NCBI GenBank assembly: GCA_963693365.1
Contig: CAVNZM010000001.1
Coordinates: 11,682,161 to 11,746,160 of the forward strand
Reading direction: 5' to 3'
Length of the DNA: 64,000 nucleotides
From: Amoebidium appalachense
Lineage: Eukaryota; Protista; Ichthyosporea
The first letter of the stretch is position 1. Each line of letters opens with the position of its first letter. Below the pieces are notes generated by a model that was not told the DNA's origin, did no database searches, and was given only the letters and a program-made list of their open reading frames with translations. Shown piece after piece: positions 46,630 to 58,856 of the stretch. The position numbers and the translations under genes are program-made.

Positions 46630-47562
46630 TGGGAACCTAAAAACCGCTGGGACGTAGGGCGCGCCAAGACGGAGGACGCACTGACGAGGTACATGGACAG
46701 GGTGTGCTCGGGTGAGGATCCGGAAGGAACATGGTGGTTTCTTCGATGGGGGGGGCTTCGGATGGCGGTTCCTGTAGTAATAGCAGGACCGCACATCGAA
46801 CTTTGGAGTCTTCAAATCCAACACATAACGCGCGTAAAGGCCTCGGATTATGAGGTACCGTACAACTCCAACCCTCCCACTACCAACACAACCCGCAGCA
46901 GCCCACACATCTATGATATCTACAAGAGCGAGGATTATGAGAGTCCGGACAACCCTCACCCCGCTGCCGACACGACCCTTAGTCCCTACGTCTATGAAAT
47001 CTACATTTTCAGCCAGCCCAGAACTGAGTTGTTTCCCTATGATAATTTCTTCCATGAAAATTACAGCCGTCAAACCCCTCAATACATTATTAAACAGACC
47101 AGGGACGGTTGGGTCTTTTGGAATGCATACGGGAATCCCGACCTGGACGAGGCCAAAAACACAGCGCCCGGTGTCTCGAGGAGGCCCTACTGGTTCATGC
47201 CCGAACTGCTTTTTGAGACCCTTGTCAAAGAACCGCCCCTGACCAAACCTCGGACCCTGCTCGAGTCCGCCTACCGCGCCGGAGTGTCGCACGGCGCGCC
47301 CACCACGATGGCCCCGGGCGGCGCAACCACCGAGGACCTGAGCACAGCACTTGAAGATTGGGGTGAGCGCTGGCTTGACTATTTTTTCAAAGAGGTCGGC
47401 CACGTGGTGGAGGCAGCAGGGCTGCCGCTGCGCGACGGTGTCTTCGACAGAGCCTACGGGCGCAACCGCAACCAGGAGTTCGAGGGGGTGGGTGCGGACC
47501 TTGATGAGTGGAACGAGGGGACCCCCTGGAGCAACGCGGGCAATTTGGGACATGCCTTATAG
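46630..47562 (+). CDS. Mirror of the ~310-aa hypothetical protein (ATG altered in this copy)
   Basis: Reverse complement of 31185-32117; gctaatggaa reads gctattgggaa here. Confidence 0.55.
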   Translation, partial: WEPKNRWDVGRAKTEDALTRYMDRVCSGEDPEGTWWFLRWGGLRMAVPVVIAGPHIELWSLQIQHITRVKASDYEVPYNSNPPTTNTTRSSPHIYDIYKSEDYESPDNPHPAADTTLSPYVYEIYIFSQPRTELFPYDNFFHENYSRQTPQYIIKQTRDGWVFWNAYGNPDLDEAKNTAPGVSRRPYWFMPELLFETLVKEPPLTKPRTLLESAYRAGVSHGAPTTMAPGGATTEDLSTALEDWGERWLDYFFKEVGHVVEAAGLPLRDGVFDRAYGRNRNQEFEGVGADLDEWNEGTPWSNAGNLGHAL

Positions 47563-48230
47563 CAAAAAATCTTAAACAGTTTCGGGGTGAATATATAATG
47601 TAAATCCAACGATCCAAATAATGGTTTTGCAACTTCACATCGGGGTGAATATACAATATAAATCGAACAACAGAAATAAAAATATCAATGTGCTTGGCGC
47701 TTTACTCGCACACTCTGTCGGAGCACCAGTCTCCGGTATTTTGGCATGAACTCGTCTGCATACACGTACTTCCTTGCACGTCTGTGACCCCTCTTTTTGG
47801 ACCGACCTCTTCGTTTTGACATGACGTTCACCCAAAAATTGTGGGCGACCTCTCCTAGTGAAACCATTTCCTCCTCTTACACCCTGCCGCGCACAGGTTG
47901 CTGGTCCACGCACCCTCCTCGAGCTCGAGGGACACCTTGCGCCACCCGGATTCTGCGCGCTTGATCTCGCACGCCACCACAATGTCTCCCGGTCGCACAC
48001 CTGCGGTCCACATGCTTGTGCAACAGCGCACGCTCAGCACCTCACACTCCGATTCGGGCCCACGTACACACACGCCGAAACACGCAAGCGCGCACTCGTG
48101 GTCATGCAGCGCCTCGAGAACTGGCACCTTGCGAATGAGTGTGCGCCGACGCAGGCGGGGACTCTGGAGGGTATAAAAGCGTGTGTCTGACACGGGGAGC
48201 TGCCAGTCTGAATCTGCACCAGAACCGACC

Positions 48231-48749
48231 ATGGCTTTTGAGCAGGACCTGAAGCTATTTGTCAATCGGCTGTCGCTGCTTGTATCCAACATGACGTTCG
48301 ACTCGAGCGGCGCCGGGAGGGTGGCGAACCGGCCGCTACAGCTCCACGCACGACTCGGGAAGGGCGACACGATGCTGTCGGACACGATGCTGCCGCTGCA
48401 GTCGGTGGAAACGTCGAACAGGACTGGACTCAACCACCTTGTGTTTTCGACGTGTCCGCTGGAGGGGGCCGGGGATGCGGTGACCATCGACCTGGATTGG
48501 GGCAAGTCGTTTCGGCTGACCTGGGAGCGCTGGGACACCACGCTGTCGCTGCTGCCACCGAGGGATCCGACGGAGGAGGAGGGCATGAGCGAGGGACGTG
48601 CGGTCCCCATGGAGGCAAAGAGAAAACGAACAACCCTTCTGCGAATCGACTTTTTGAAGGACTTCCTTTGGCATGACATGGGGTGCGACATTCTGTCGCT
48701 GCAGTTATATGAATCAGTACAGAAAAATAGGCGGCAGTGTAGAGAATAA
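48231..48749 (+). CDS. Mirror of the ~172-aa hypothetical protein
   Basis: GTATAAAAG at 48171 and accATGG at 48228. Confidence 0.6.
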   Translation: MAFEQDLKLFVNRLSLLVSNMTFDSSGAGRVANRPLQLHARLGKGDTMLSDTMLPLQSVETSNRTGLNHLVFSTCPLEGAGDAVTIDLDWGKSFRLTWERWDTTLSLLPPRDPTEEEGMSEGRAVPMEAKRKRTTLLRIDFLKDFLWHDMGCDILSLQLYESVQKNRRQCRE

Positions 48750-49409
48750 TGCAGGTATCGCGCAGTGCGTGTGTGTGTGCGACTGCGCCCCGGATGGTGC
48801 AGCACGCGTATATAAGCAGGGCCACACCCAACGTGTCGTCCGAGCGCATGCTTGTGTGTGCGCACACAAATTTGTTTATTTTTCAGAGAAATGATCCCCC
48901 CCCACCCTTCTCGCCCGCGAGGCCCACTTCGCATCAATGGAGTGGGGAAGCTCACCCCAGTGGCTTCATTCCGTGACCTCCTCGAGATCATCTACCTACT
49001 CCCTGGGAAGCGCGCCCACGAGTTCCGCAAGACCTGTGCCACCTACATAGCACGTAAGGGTAAAATTTTGTGGAATGCCATCCACAACTTTGCTTGTTTC
49101 GACCAATTGTCTGTGTGCTCGCTCGTGATGACTCCACGAGGATCGAGTATGAAAAGTGGCAGCGCAGATATGGCAGGAATATGGTCTTACGCCCGTGTGC
49201 ACTCTTTGGTGGACGGTCAAACTGGCCTTGTGCCGGTATGATTTGCTGCTACAATGATCTTTGGCAACCCTGTTTTTCTTTGTCATATATATGGTCAATT
49301 TGATAGCTGTTCGATCTTGTGTCCAGAGCGGTGGTTGTAAAAGGCAACAACAACAACCCACTGCAAGTGTCACAAAGGGCACACTTATTCTTGTTATCTG
49401 AAACTGCCA

Positions 49410-51411
49410 ATGTTGGGCAACTTCAAATATTTTCTATACCTTATAGTATGCCCCACAATGGCACCAAGTACATATCTGGACTTCAATCCAGAAAGAAGTA
49501 CGGGGTATCGGGATCCTCACTTCGGAGATGGGCAAACCAGGGACGCATCCGAATTGTTAGAACACCAGGCAATGTCCGCCTGTACAACACCTCGGACATT
49601 GACACGTTGCTCGGGTGTGAAACGGACACACGAACAGACAGAGTTGATGTTGCCTACGCACGGGTCTCATCCCACAAACAGCGCACGGACCTCGACCGGC
49701 AAGTTCAGTATCTGCGTGAACGGTGTCCCAATCACGAAATTGTCACTGATGTCGGGAGTGGCGTCAACTTTAAGCGCAGAGGACTGCTGTCCATTTTGGA
49801 ACAGGCAAGCAAGGGAAATGTCAGAGAGATTGTGGTTGCCCACAATGACAGGCTGTGTCGACTCGCCGGTGACCTGCTGTGGTGGATTCTGGAAGCATAT
49901 GGGGTCAAAATCGTGGTTCTCAATCACGCAGACGAGTCCAATACAGATGAACTCGCGGAAGACCTTATCGCCGTCACCACCCACTTTGTCTGTAAGCATC
50001 ATGGACGTCGCAAGTACGGAAACAAGTGCAATGGAACAGAGGGAAGCGGAAAGGAACGTCAAAAGACTAAAGCGCATGGCATCGAAACACATGAAGAAAG
50101 AGCAGAAACTCTATTTGAAGGATTGTCTTAATGGACGGCCTCCGGAGCTTGACGATTATGTGGCCTGTGGAGTGAACGTTTTGGCTTTGCGGGAAAGGAC
50201 CGAGCTTTTGGTCCGCACAAAACTCATCCGTGTGATCCCAACAAAGGAACAAAAGCGATGGTTGGTCGAATGCTTCGGAGTGGCAAGGAAGATCTTCAAT
50301 CAATGTGTAGGTCTTCACGACCTGAAGGGAAGCATGGACAAAACCGAATATCGCAAGCAATTTGTCAACAACAAAAGCATTCCAGACTGCGAAGAATACA
50401 AGAAGCGTGTGCCAAACCTTCTTCGTAACGGCGCGGTGGATGATTTTTTCGGGGCCGTGGGTTCGCAGAAGGCAAAGGCACGTTATGCTAAGAAGAGGGG
50501 TTTAAAGGCAACCAGTGTCTTTGTCCGGTATAGATCCAAAAAGGACGGATATCAATCAATTCTAATACCCCGCGCACTCACCAAGTTCAATGGTACACAC
50601 GCCATTTTTGCCCCAACGATGTGCCCCGAAGGTGGGCATTTGAAACTTGCGGAGCAAGTACAACCGGGTGAAATGGAAACAGATGGGCGGCTCTTGATGA
50701 CCAGGGACGGGCATTTCTACCTATCAATTACATATCGGGTACCGGGGGGTGATAGCCAAACCCCTCTAACCGAACAACACGATAGGCGGATATGTGCACT
50801 TGATCCTGGTATTAGAACCTTCCAGACTGTCTATGACCCCTGTAACAAGGAGGTCACACACCTTTTTCCCCGGGGACATCAAACGCATCAGTCGGCTGCT
50901 CAACCGTGAGGACCAGCTGAAAAGTCGTTTGACACAGACATCTGTTAAACACAAAAGTCGGTATCGGATGAGAAAGGCCCTGTTCCGAATGCGCCGAAGG
51001 GTTCAGAACCTTATTGCCGACGCACACTGGAAGGCCGCTGGATGGCTCACCTCCAACTTCGACGTGGTAGTTATTCCTTGGTTTGACTCTGGGAGTATGT
51101 CACGTAGGGGCAAGAGGAAACTTCGCAGCAAGAGCGTCCGATGCATGATGGGTTGGCAGCATGCCAAGTTTCGACAACGGCTGGTGTGTAAAGCAGAGCA
51201 ACGGGGAACTGCAGTGGTGTTTGTCAATGAATCCTACACCAGCAAAACGTGTGGGAGGTGTGGACAGATCAACCAGGGTCTTGGAGGTTCTAAGGTGTTC
51301 AAGTGTAAACATTGTGGGTTGGTCATTGACAGAGATGTCAATGGGGCTCGCAACATATTTATTCGCTCATGTACGCGGCCCGTGGGCAGCCACGGGCCTC
51401 TGCCGGTATAG
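49410..51411 (+). CDS. tnpB: Fanzor2, mirror copy (+1 C frameshift near 50870)
   Basis: DPGIRTF in the first frame; NESYTSKTC and DRDVNGARNI in the second. Confidence 0.88.
49448..50131 (+). CDS. tnpA: IS607 serine recombinase, mirror copy
   Basis: YARVSS and DVGSGVNFKRRGL. Confidence 0.93.
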   Translation: MPHNGTKYISGLQSRKKYGVSGSSLRRWANQGRIRIVRTPGNVRLYNTSDIDTLLGCETDTRTDRVDVAYARVSSHKQRTDLDRQVQYLRERCPNHEIVTDVGSGVNFKRRGLLSILEQASKGNVREIVVAHNDRLCRLAGDLLWWILEAYGVKIVVLNHADESNTDELAEDLIAVTTHFVCKHHGRRKYGNKCNGTEGSGKERQKTKAHGIETHEERAETLFEGLS

Positions 51412-51540
51412 GCCAAGGTTCTTGTAATCTTGCATGACCATGCCACTAGCCTAGCTCCTTTCATGACCCGTGGTCATGTTGGCAAGTTTAGGAAAGGATG
51501 GTAGGTTCAACTGTATCTGCATCCCATATAATCACATCTG
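51373..51540 (+). ncRNA. Predicted omegaRNA, mirror copy
   Basis: Same stems; guide atcccatataatcacatctg at 51521-51540. Confidence 0.7.
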
Positions 51541-52562
51541 AAAGAGTTCCCGCCAGAATGCGATCTCTGATGCACACGATATGAACTTGGATGTATAAAT
51601 TCCTTGCCACAATCGCTGCAAATAAAGGGTTTTTCTGACTTGTGTTTCCACATGTGTGTTGACAACGAAGCTGGGGTTGTATATGCAGCTGAACACTCCG
51701 GATAATCACATTTGAACAGGGCGCCTGTGTGTTTTCGCAGATGGGTTTCCAAGTGAGCCTTCTGCCTGAAGTTCCGTCCACACTCCGGCCAGTTGCGCTT
51801 CCACCCACGAGAATCTGTTATCGTTGAGGTTAAGGCATAAAAAAGCCAACGTTTTCCTTTGCCCTGAGTAATTCAAGTTACTCTGAGCATAAAATTAATG
51901 GTTTTTTATTTGTTTCATGAGTAACAATATCTTACTCAGGGTACTCATTCTGAGTAACACAGACAAGTTTCCCCCACTAGATGTTACTCACCCAAATATG
52001 GTAAAGGTTTCCTTTTTAGGTATAAAAATATGCAATTGTCATATAGTGAGTAGGATGAGTAGGATGAGTACGTACTCATCTACTGTGGGCTACGGGTATA
52101 CCTAAATCTCAATCCAAAAGGAAATTGGAACACCCGGGGGGAGACCAGATGAGTAGGTACTCAAGCTACTCATCCTACTCACCCCATCACTGCCTATAGG
52201 CATGCCCCGTGTGCAGGGCACTGATTTCTACCCTCTTCTGGTTGGTGCCAAGAGGCAGTGCCCTACACGTGTGGTGTCTAAACAGCCTATAGGCATGCTC
52301 TGTGTGCAGGGCACTGATTTCTACCCTCTTCTGGTTGGTGCCAAGAGGCAGTGCTCTACACGTGTGGTGTCTAAACAGCCTATAGGCATGCTCCGTGTGC
52401 AGGGCACTAATTTGTTGTGCCTTCCTTTTTTGGTTAGATCTATACCCGGCCAATGGTTAGCAGCCACGGGTTTGTTTTCATCAAGCTTAGACGTTAATAC
52501 ATACTAAGTAACAGAATGAAATCACTCGCAAGTGTTATCCCTCATGATTGTATCAATCCGTT

Positions 52563-52907
52563 TCATGGAGTCTTAGCGGACTGGCCCAGCCGTATGAGAC
52601 AGGCCCGTAGAAAGTCCTTTTGCTTCTTCAGCTTGTCGTTTTCCAGCTGCAGCTCTTGGTTCTCCACCACCAAATTCTTGTTCTCTTCGCACACCTTGTT
52701 GCGCTCCTCTTGCAGGCCCTTGATCACCTCCCGCTGGTTCTTGTTAATTGTGCGCAGCGCGTCGTTGTCCTTGTCCATGTCGTTGTTCAACTCCCTCAGC
52801 TGCTGGATCAGCCCGTGCAGCCCCTCGTTGGCCTCCTTCAGCATCTTGTTGGTCTCTTGCAGCTGCTTGGTGTGTGCATCTTGGCGCTGTGTATCTGTTT
52901 CATCCAT
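52563..52907 (-). CDS. 114-aa coiled-coil protein, mirror copy
   Basis: Identical translation. Confidence 0.7.
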   Translation of the reverse strand: MDETDTQRQDAHTKQLQETNKMLKEANEGLHGLIQQLRELNNDMDKDNDALRTINKNQREVIKGLQEERNKVCEENKNLVVENQELQLENDKLKKQKDFLRACLIRLGQSAKTP

Positions 52908-53862
52908 TGTGTCGTTTGCAGCCGGTTGGGCAGGAGGTGTTTAGTTTTTCTATCCACGAAGAAAAGCAGTGTGAACAAAAAAAAAACGTCCCTCTTATTT
53001 TTACGAAGCAAAAGTGTGACCCAAAAAAACCGTCCCTCTTACACAGTGCAAAATAAAGCAAAATCCTATGATGCGCAAACACACCGTGAACTAAAAAAAC
53101 TCGCCACTGATTATTTACACGAAGTAAAGCAGTGTGAACAAAAAAAAGCGCCCCTTACACAATGCAAAATAAAACACACACACACACACACACCAAGCCA
53201 TTTGTATCCAGCGCGGACCCCTTTTTGTGCGCACACTTCTGATTGGTGTATAAGTATTGGATCCACGTGAGCGCGAGTTTCCCAAGTGCTGCTCAAAAAG
53301 TGACATGTGGTTCCCAGCAGGCAGTGCACCGATTCGCTATCAGTTGACATCGTGCGCAATCTGTCAGCACCATGTGATTGTGTACTTTTCCTGACCAATT
53401 TTTGTATCCCTGATAGACAGAATAATGCTCGTAATTGTTGGGAAGCATATTCGTGTTTTTTTAGGAGTTGCTACATCAAAATACATTGTGTTCAAACACT
53501 GACGGCCAAGTTGCAAAGATCGGATTACAATCCAATCTGTCAAAATGACAATTCTCAAGTCAAAACATGCTCTTGTTGATCCAATCAGAATTCATCAATC
53601 AGTCAGCAGATTTGGTTGAGCCCCAACTTATCGGATACACCAAGATGCCCAAATGACAATTAGCCAATCAGATGTTCACGCAATCTCTAGATCCAATCAA
53701 GCGTCGCGGCTGGGGTATATCCAACCAATCTAATGCAATAAAGCATCTGATGCCAAAGCCGGGCACGGCATATAAAAGCCCATACTCTCTTCAATCCACA
53801 CACCTTTTCCATGTTAGCTAGCTTCTCCCTTGGCACACAACGTACATCCAACTGTCCCGAAA

Positions 53863-54573
53863 ATGAGTTCTAAAGATGACATCAAAGATCTAGGAAGGCG
53901 CGCTGAAAAAATAGAGACAAGACTCAAGACTTTGGAGGAGGATGCAAAGGCCCTGCGGGACACCCAGGCCCGTTTCGCGCGCGCCCTTGCTAGGCACACC
54001 CGCATGGCTTCGCGCACCACTACAGCAGCAACCGTGGCACCCCCAGCAGCAACCGTGGCACCCCCTGTCCTGGCAGCGGCACCTGCACTTCGTGCTGGCG
54101 AGCATGGCAGCTCCTATCCCGTGGACTTGGCCCCCCAGCCCCTGCAGCGCTCACGTTTGCACATCACACAGGGGTCCAAGACACGGGAGAAACCACGAAG
54201 ACAGCAGAAGAGGACACGAGAGGAAGTCAGTAGCTCTGGGTCGGAGTTGGATTACCTTCCTCCAGGAGTGCCTGTGTCTCGGGCCGCGTTAGCTTGGTAC
54301 AAGACCTTGACACGGGGACGGCGGTCAGAACATGAGGAGTACTCGTCTTCTGAGGAGTACTCGTCTTCCGAGTCCAAGACCTTGACACGGGGACAGCAGA
54401 AAAGGGCACGAGCCAGTGAAGCCAGCAGCTCTGGGTCGGAGGGGGAGCCTCTGTCTCCGATAACGAAAGCTTGTTTGAGGGTCTTCAAACTGGGGCGGAG
54501 ACGGAGACAGCCGCCAGGCTCTGAGGAGGGCGCGTCTTCCGAGTCTTCAGACGGAGATACCAACAGGCCTTGA
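53863..54573 (+). CDS. Coiled-coil/Ser-rich hypothetical protein, mirror copy
   Basis: TATAAAA at 53771 and an ATG ORF. Confidence 0.65.
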   Translation: MSSKDDIKDLGRRAEKIETRLKTLEEDAKALRDTQARFARALARHTRMASRTTTAATVAPPAATVAPPVLAAAPALRAGEHGSSYPVDLAPQPLQRSRLHITQGSKTREKPRRQQKRTREEVSSSGSELDYLPPGVPVSRAALAWYKTLTRGRRSEHEEYSSSEEYSSSESKTLTRGQQKRARASEASSSGSEGEPLSPITKACLRVFKLGRRRRQPPGSEEGASSESSDGDTNRP

Positions 54574-54651
54574 CACGGTGAAAAAAGGGGCCGCTATTAG
54601 AGAGTAGCCTCAGGCTATTCTAGTGCTTGTGTGCAGATGTACTTAACATTG

Positions 54652-55277
54652 AGTGTACTTAGGGTGGGGCTGTGCAGACGTGTACTTAAAGGGTGGGGCT
54701 GTGCAGAGTGTACTTAGGGTGGTGCAGACGTGTACTTAGGGTGGTGCAGACGTGTACTTAGGGTGGTGCAGACGTGTACTTAAAGGATGGGGCTGTGCAG
54801 ACGTGTACTTAAAGGGTGGGGCTGTGCAGACGTGTACTTAAAGGGTGGGGCTGTGCAGACGTGTACTTAAAGGGTGGCTGTGCAGACGTGTACTTAGGAT
54901 GGTGTAGAGGTACTTAGGGTGGTGCAGACGTGAACTTAGGGTGGTGCAGACGTGTACTTAGGGTGGTGCAGACGTGTACTTAGGGTGGTGCAGACGTGTA
55001 CTTAGGGTGGTGCAGACGTGTACTTAGGGTGGTGCAGACGTGTACTTAGGGTGGTGCAGACGTGTACTTAGGGTGGTGCAGACGTGTACTTAGGGTGGTG
55101 CAGACGTGTACTTAGGGTGGTGCAGACGTGTACTTAGGGTGGTGCAGACGTGTACTTAGGGTGGTGCAGACGTGTACTTAGGGTGGTGCAGACGTGTACT
55201 TAGGGTGGTGCAGACGTGTACTTAGGGTGGGGCTGTGCACCACAGTGTACTTAGGGTGGTGCAGAGTGTACTTAGGT
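54652..55277. repeat. 22-bp minisatellite, mirror copy with 4 extra units
   Basis: The arm-to-arm coordinate offset grows by 88 bp across this array. Confidence 0.92.
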
Positions 55278-55681
55278 GGGTGTCTTGTGGTGAAAGTAAA
55301 GTTTATGGCATACAGGCAGATGTGTGCTTTAAGCCTTAGGGAACTGTGGGCAGACATGTCAACACTTGGGCCTATGGGTAGACGTGTACACACTTAGTGT
55401 ATTTGTTTGTGTCTCTCATGGTTATTTTATAGCATGAAGCACTGCAAAAAATGGTGTATGTTTCCGTGGTCCACGTACACAGAATCCTTTAATATGAACA
55501 CAAGTGATTGTATAGAAAAAGAGTAAGTACGTACATGATAGTCTAGTCAGATTACAAAGAACAAATCAACTTGGACCGAGTATATTCAAATACAAACTAA
55601 AAGAGAAAAGAAACAAATAAATCAAGACCGATCAATTCAAATACAAATCAAAAGAGAATGCCACTTAGTCGACCAATCAAA

Positions 55682-56846
55682 TCAGTACATCTCATGCTCA
55701 TACTGGTCAAACTCTTCCTGGTCAAGATCAATGAGGGGAATTTCTTCAGTTTGTTTATGTTTGGGTTCAGGTTTGCGGTCATACAAGACCGACTCACGAT
55801 CAGACGCAGATTCGTCATCTGTCATATCATCGAGTACCTGATTTGCCCGTCGTTTGAGCCGCTTGGGGTTGAATGCTTCATCTGAGTCCCAATCACATTG
55901 ATCATGGACGCGTTTGGCGGGTGAGGCAGGTGAAGAGACAGACTCATTACCACCTGTGTATGCCTTCAAGTTCTTCTCCCGTCGCAGAATCTTCCTTCGG
56001 ATGCTTTTTATGGTGTTTTGGGCGGCACACACAGCAGCAAGGGCCAGGCCCTCCGCTATTTCATCTTCAGCCGCCTTTGCCTCTTTGACACGCTCTCGAG
56101 CATTCTGGAGCTCCCCCCTCACACTAGTTAGCTGTGCATCGAGGTCCATCGTATGGTCATGCAACGAAGTCTCAGGTGTTTTGGTGTGCTTGGGCCTGGG
56201 CTTAGCGGCAGGGGTGGTCTTGGCAGGAGTGGTCTTGGTGGTAGGGGTGGTCTTGGCAGGAGTGGTCTTGGTGGTAGGGGTGGTCTTGGCAGGAGTGGTC
56301 TTGGTGGTAGGGGTGGCCTTGGCAGGGGCGGTTTTGGCGGCAGGGGTGGGGGCAGTCACAGGGGTGGTCTTTGCAACAGGGGTGGGGGCAGTCACAGGGG
56401 TGGTCTTTGCGACAGGGGTGGGGGCAGTCACAGGGGGTGGTCTTTGCGGCAGGGGTGGGGGCAGTCACAGTGGTGGTGTTGGCGGCAGGGGTGGGGTCAG
56501 CAGTCACAGTGGTGGTGTTGGCGGCAGGGGTAGTCTTGCGAGGGCCACTGAAAATGTAGTTTTCATAGGCCACCTGGCCATCCCGGCGGGGTGCTGCAGC
56601 CCGTTGCAGGCTGGCAAGCTCGGCCTGCAGGGTCTTGATCTGCTCTTCGGCTGCCCTCAGTCGTGCCTCTACATCAGAGGGCTGGGGTTGGGGGGGTCGG
56701 GGCGTACGCGCAGCATTCTCATTGGTCACTTGACTGCGGAGGCTGATGAGGTCGGTGTGCAGGGCCGTTAAGCGGGACGAATGGTCCGTGTACAGAAAAT
56801 CAAAGCGCTTCTGCAGCTGTTGAAGCTCCTCTTTCAAAGAATCCAT
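55682..56846 (-). CDS. 387-aa coiled-coil protein, mirror copy (+1 frameshift near 56435)
   Basis: Two ORF halves match 21990-23153. Confidence 0.7.
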
Positions 56847-57146
56847 GTTTCGTGTGAGTGTTTGAAAAACAAGTTTGTTGTGTGTCGCCTTTTACTATTG
56901 AGTGTCAGTGTTGAAATGAGTGAACGTGACCGTGTGTGCTGCTTTTATATGCCACGGTACAAAGCAGCTTTCAGCAATGGTGCCAAGGTTCAATGGGATA
57001 GATCTGTCCAATCAACGGTCATTGTCACTCAAACGGCCTTGATGATTGGCAAAGTATCACGTCTAAGCTTGATGAAAACAAACCCGTGGCTGCTGACCAT
57101 TGGCCGGGTATAGATCTAACCAAAAAAGGAATGCACAACAAATTAG

Positions 57147-57960
57147 TGCCTGCACACGGAGCATGCCTATAGGCTGTTTAGACACCACATGTGTAGGGCG
57201 CTGCCTCAGAGTCTTGGCACCAACCAGAAGAGGGTAGAAATTGGTGCCTGCACACGGAGCATGCCTATAGGCTGTTTAGACACCACATGTGTAGGGCGCT
57301 GCCTCTTGGCACCAACCAGAAGAGGGTAGAAATTGGTGCCTGCACACGGAGCATGCCTATAGGCTGTTTAGACACCACACGTGTAGGGCGCTGCCTCTTG
57401 GCACCAACCAGAAGAGGGTAGAAATTGGTGCCTGCACACGAAGCATGCCTATAGGCTGTTTAGACACCACGCGTGTAGGGCGCTGCCTCTTGGCACCAAC
57501 CAGAAGAGGGTAGAAATTGGTGCCTGCACACGGAGCATGCCTATAGGCTGTTTAGACACCACATGTGTAGGGCGCTGCCTCTTGGCACCAACCAGAAGAG
57601 GGTAGAAAATTGGTGCCTGCACACGGAGCATGCCTATAGGCTGTTTAGACACCACATGTGTAGGGCGCTGCCTCTTGGCACCAACCAGAAGAGGGTAGAA
57701 ATTGGTGCCTGCACACGGAGCATGCCTATAGGCTGTTTAGACACCACACGTGTAGGGCGCTGCCTCTTGGCACCAACCAGAAGAGGGTAGAAATTGGTGC
57801 CTGCACACGAAGCATGCCTATAGGCTGTTTAGACACCACGCGTGTAGGGCGCTGCCTCTTGGCACCAACCAGAAGAGGGTAGAAATTGGTGCCTGCACAC
57901 GGAGCATGCCTATAGGCTGTTTAGACACCACACGTGTAGGGCGCTGCCTCTTGGCACCAA
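57147..57960. repeat. 92-bp tandem array, mirror copy
   Basis: Reverse complement of 20881-21690, with a 6-bp insertion near 57208. Confidence 0.95.
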
Positions 57961-58856
57961 CATACATATGCACACACAACATTTATCCACCCCCCCCCCC
58001 CCCCCTGCCCCCCCCTGCCCCCCCCCCTGCCTCCCTGCACGTGTGCCCCCCTGCCTCCCTGCACGTGTGCCCCCCCCTGCCCCCCTGCCTCCCTGCACGT
58101 GTGCCCCCCCTGCCCCCCCTGCCTCCCTGCACGTGTGCCCCCCTGCCTCCCTGCACGTGTGCCCCCCTGCCTCCCTGCACGTGTGCCCCCTGCCTCCCTG
58201 CACGTGTGCCCCCCCCTGCCCCCCCTGCCTCCCTGCACGTGTGCCCCCTGCCTCCCTGCACGTGTGCCCCCCCTGCCCCCCCTCCCCCCCCCCCCTGCCC
58301 CCCTGCCCCCCTCCCCCCCCCTGCCCCCCCTCCTGCCGGAACCAGGCCCCCAGTGGTGGCAGTGAGTGTCTTAATAAGCACACACAAATCCCTCCCCCGT
58401 GAGGGGCATGCCAGTCTCGCCTGCTCCTCTGCCTCCTCTGCCTCCTCTGCCTCCTCTGCCTCCTCTGCCTCCTCTGCCTCCTCTGCCTCCTCTGCCCCCC
58501 TGCCCCCCTGCCTCCCGGAACCAGGCCCCCAGTGGTGGCAGTGAGTGTCCCCCTGCCACCCCTGCCCCCCTGCCCCCCTGCCTCCCGGAACCAGGCCCCG
58601 GCGCAGTGGCAGCTATTTTTAGATATAGAGATTCCATGGCCACATGGCCAGATGGCCAGGTCATTTTGGCTCCCCGTTTTATCCCGTTTTATCCACCTTC
58701 TTTTCACACACTGAATTTGACCTGGCCATCTGGCCATCTGGGTATAGACCGTTTTCTGTTCTAATATTGGAGAACTGTCTGATAGTGATAAAAAATGTCA
58801 TTCGAAGAACAATCGGGAAACCCCGTGGTGTGACAACCAATCAGAATGAAGCAATA

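Larger units (their letters stand above)
49246..51520 (+). mobile_element. IS607/Fanzor2 element, mirror copy
   Basis: CTGC at 49246-49249 and 51517-51520, flanked by the two halves of the zinc-finger gene. Confidence 0.92.
20003..58854. mobile_element. Giant ~38.9 kb palindrome: two inverted copies of a ~19.4 kb intronless virus-like element
   Basis: 20003-39361 is the reverse complement of 39380-58854 and every ORF is mirrored. Outer identity ends at ttgcttcattcc (20003) and gaatgaagcaa (58854). The centre is an 18-nt non-palindromic loop. Confidence 0.95.

Noticed and set aside
34304-56846. Calling the frameshifted copies (nuclease left; patatin, Fanzor and coiled-coil right) true pseudogenes
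   Set aside because: All breaks are single-base changes in G/C runs with an intact mirror copy, typical of long-read error.
20003-58854. Labelling the element a Polinton, virophage, PLV or complete giant endogenous virus
   Set aside because: No recognisable pPolB, retroviral-type integrase, tyrosine recombinase, packaging ATPase, protease or capsid gene.
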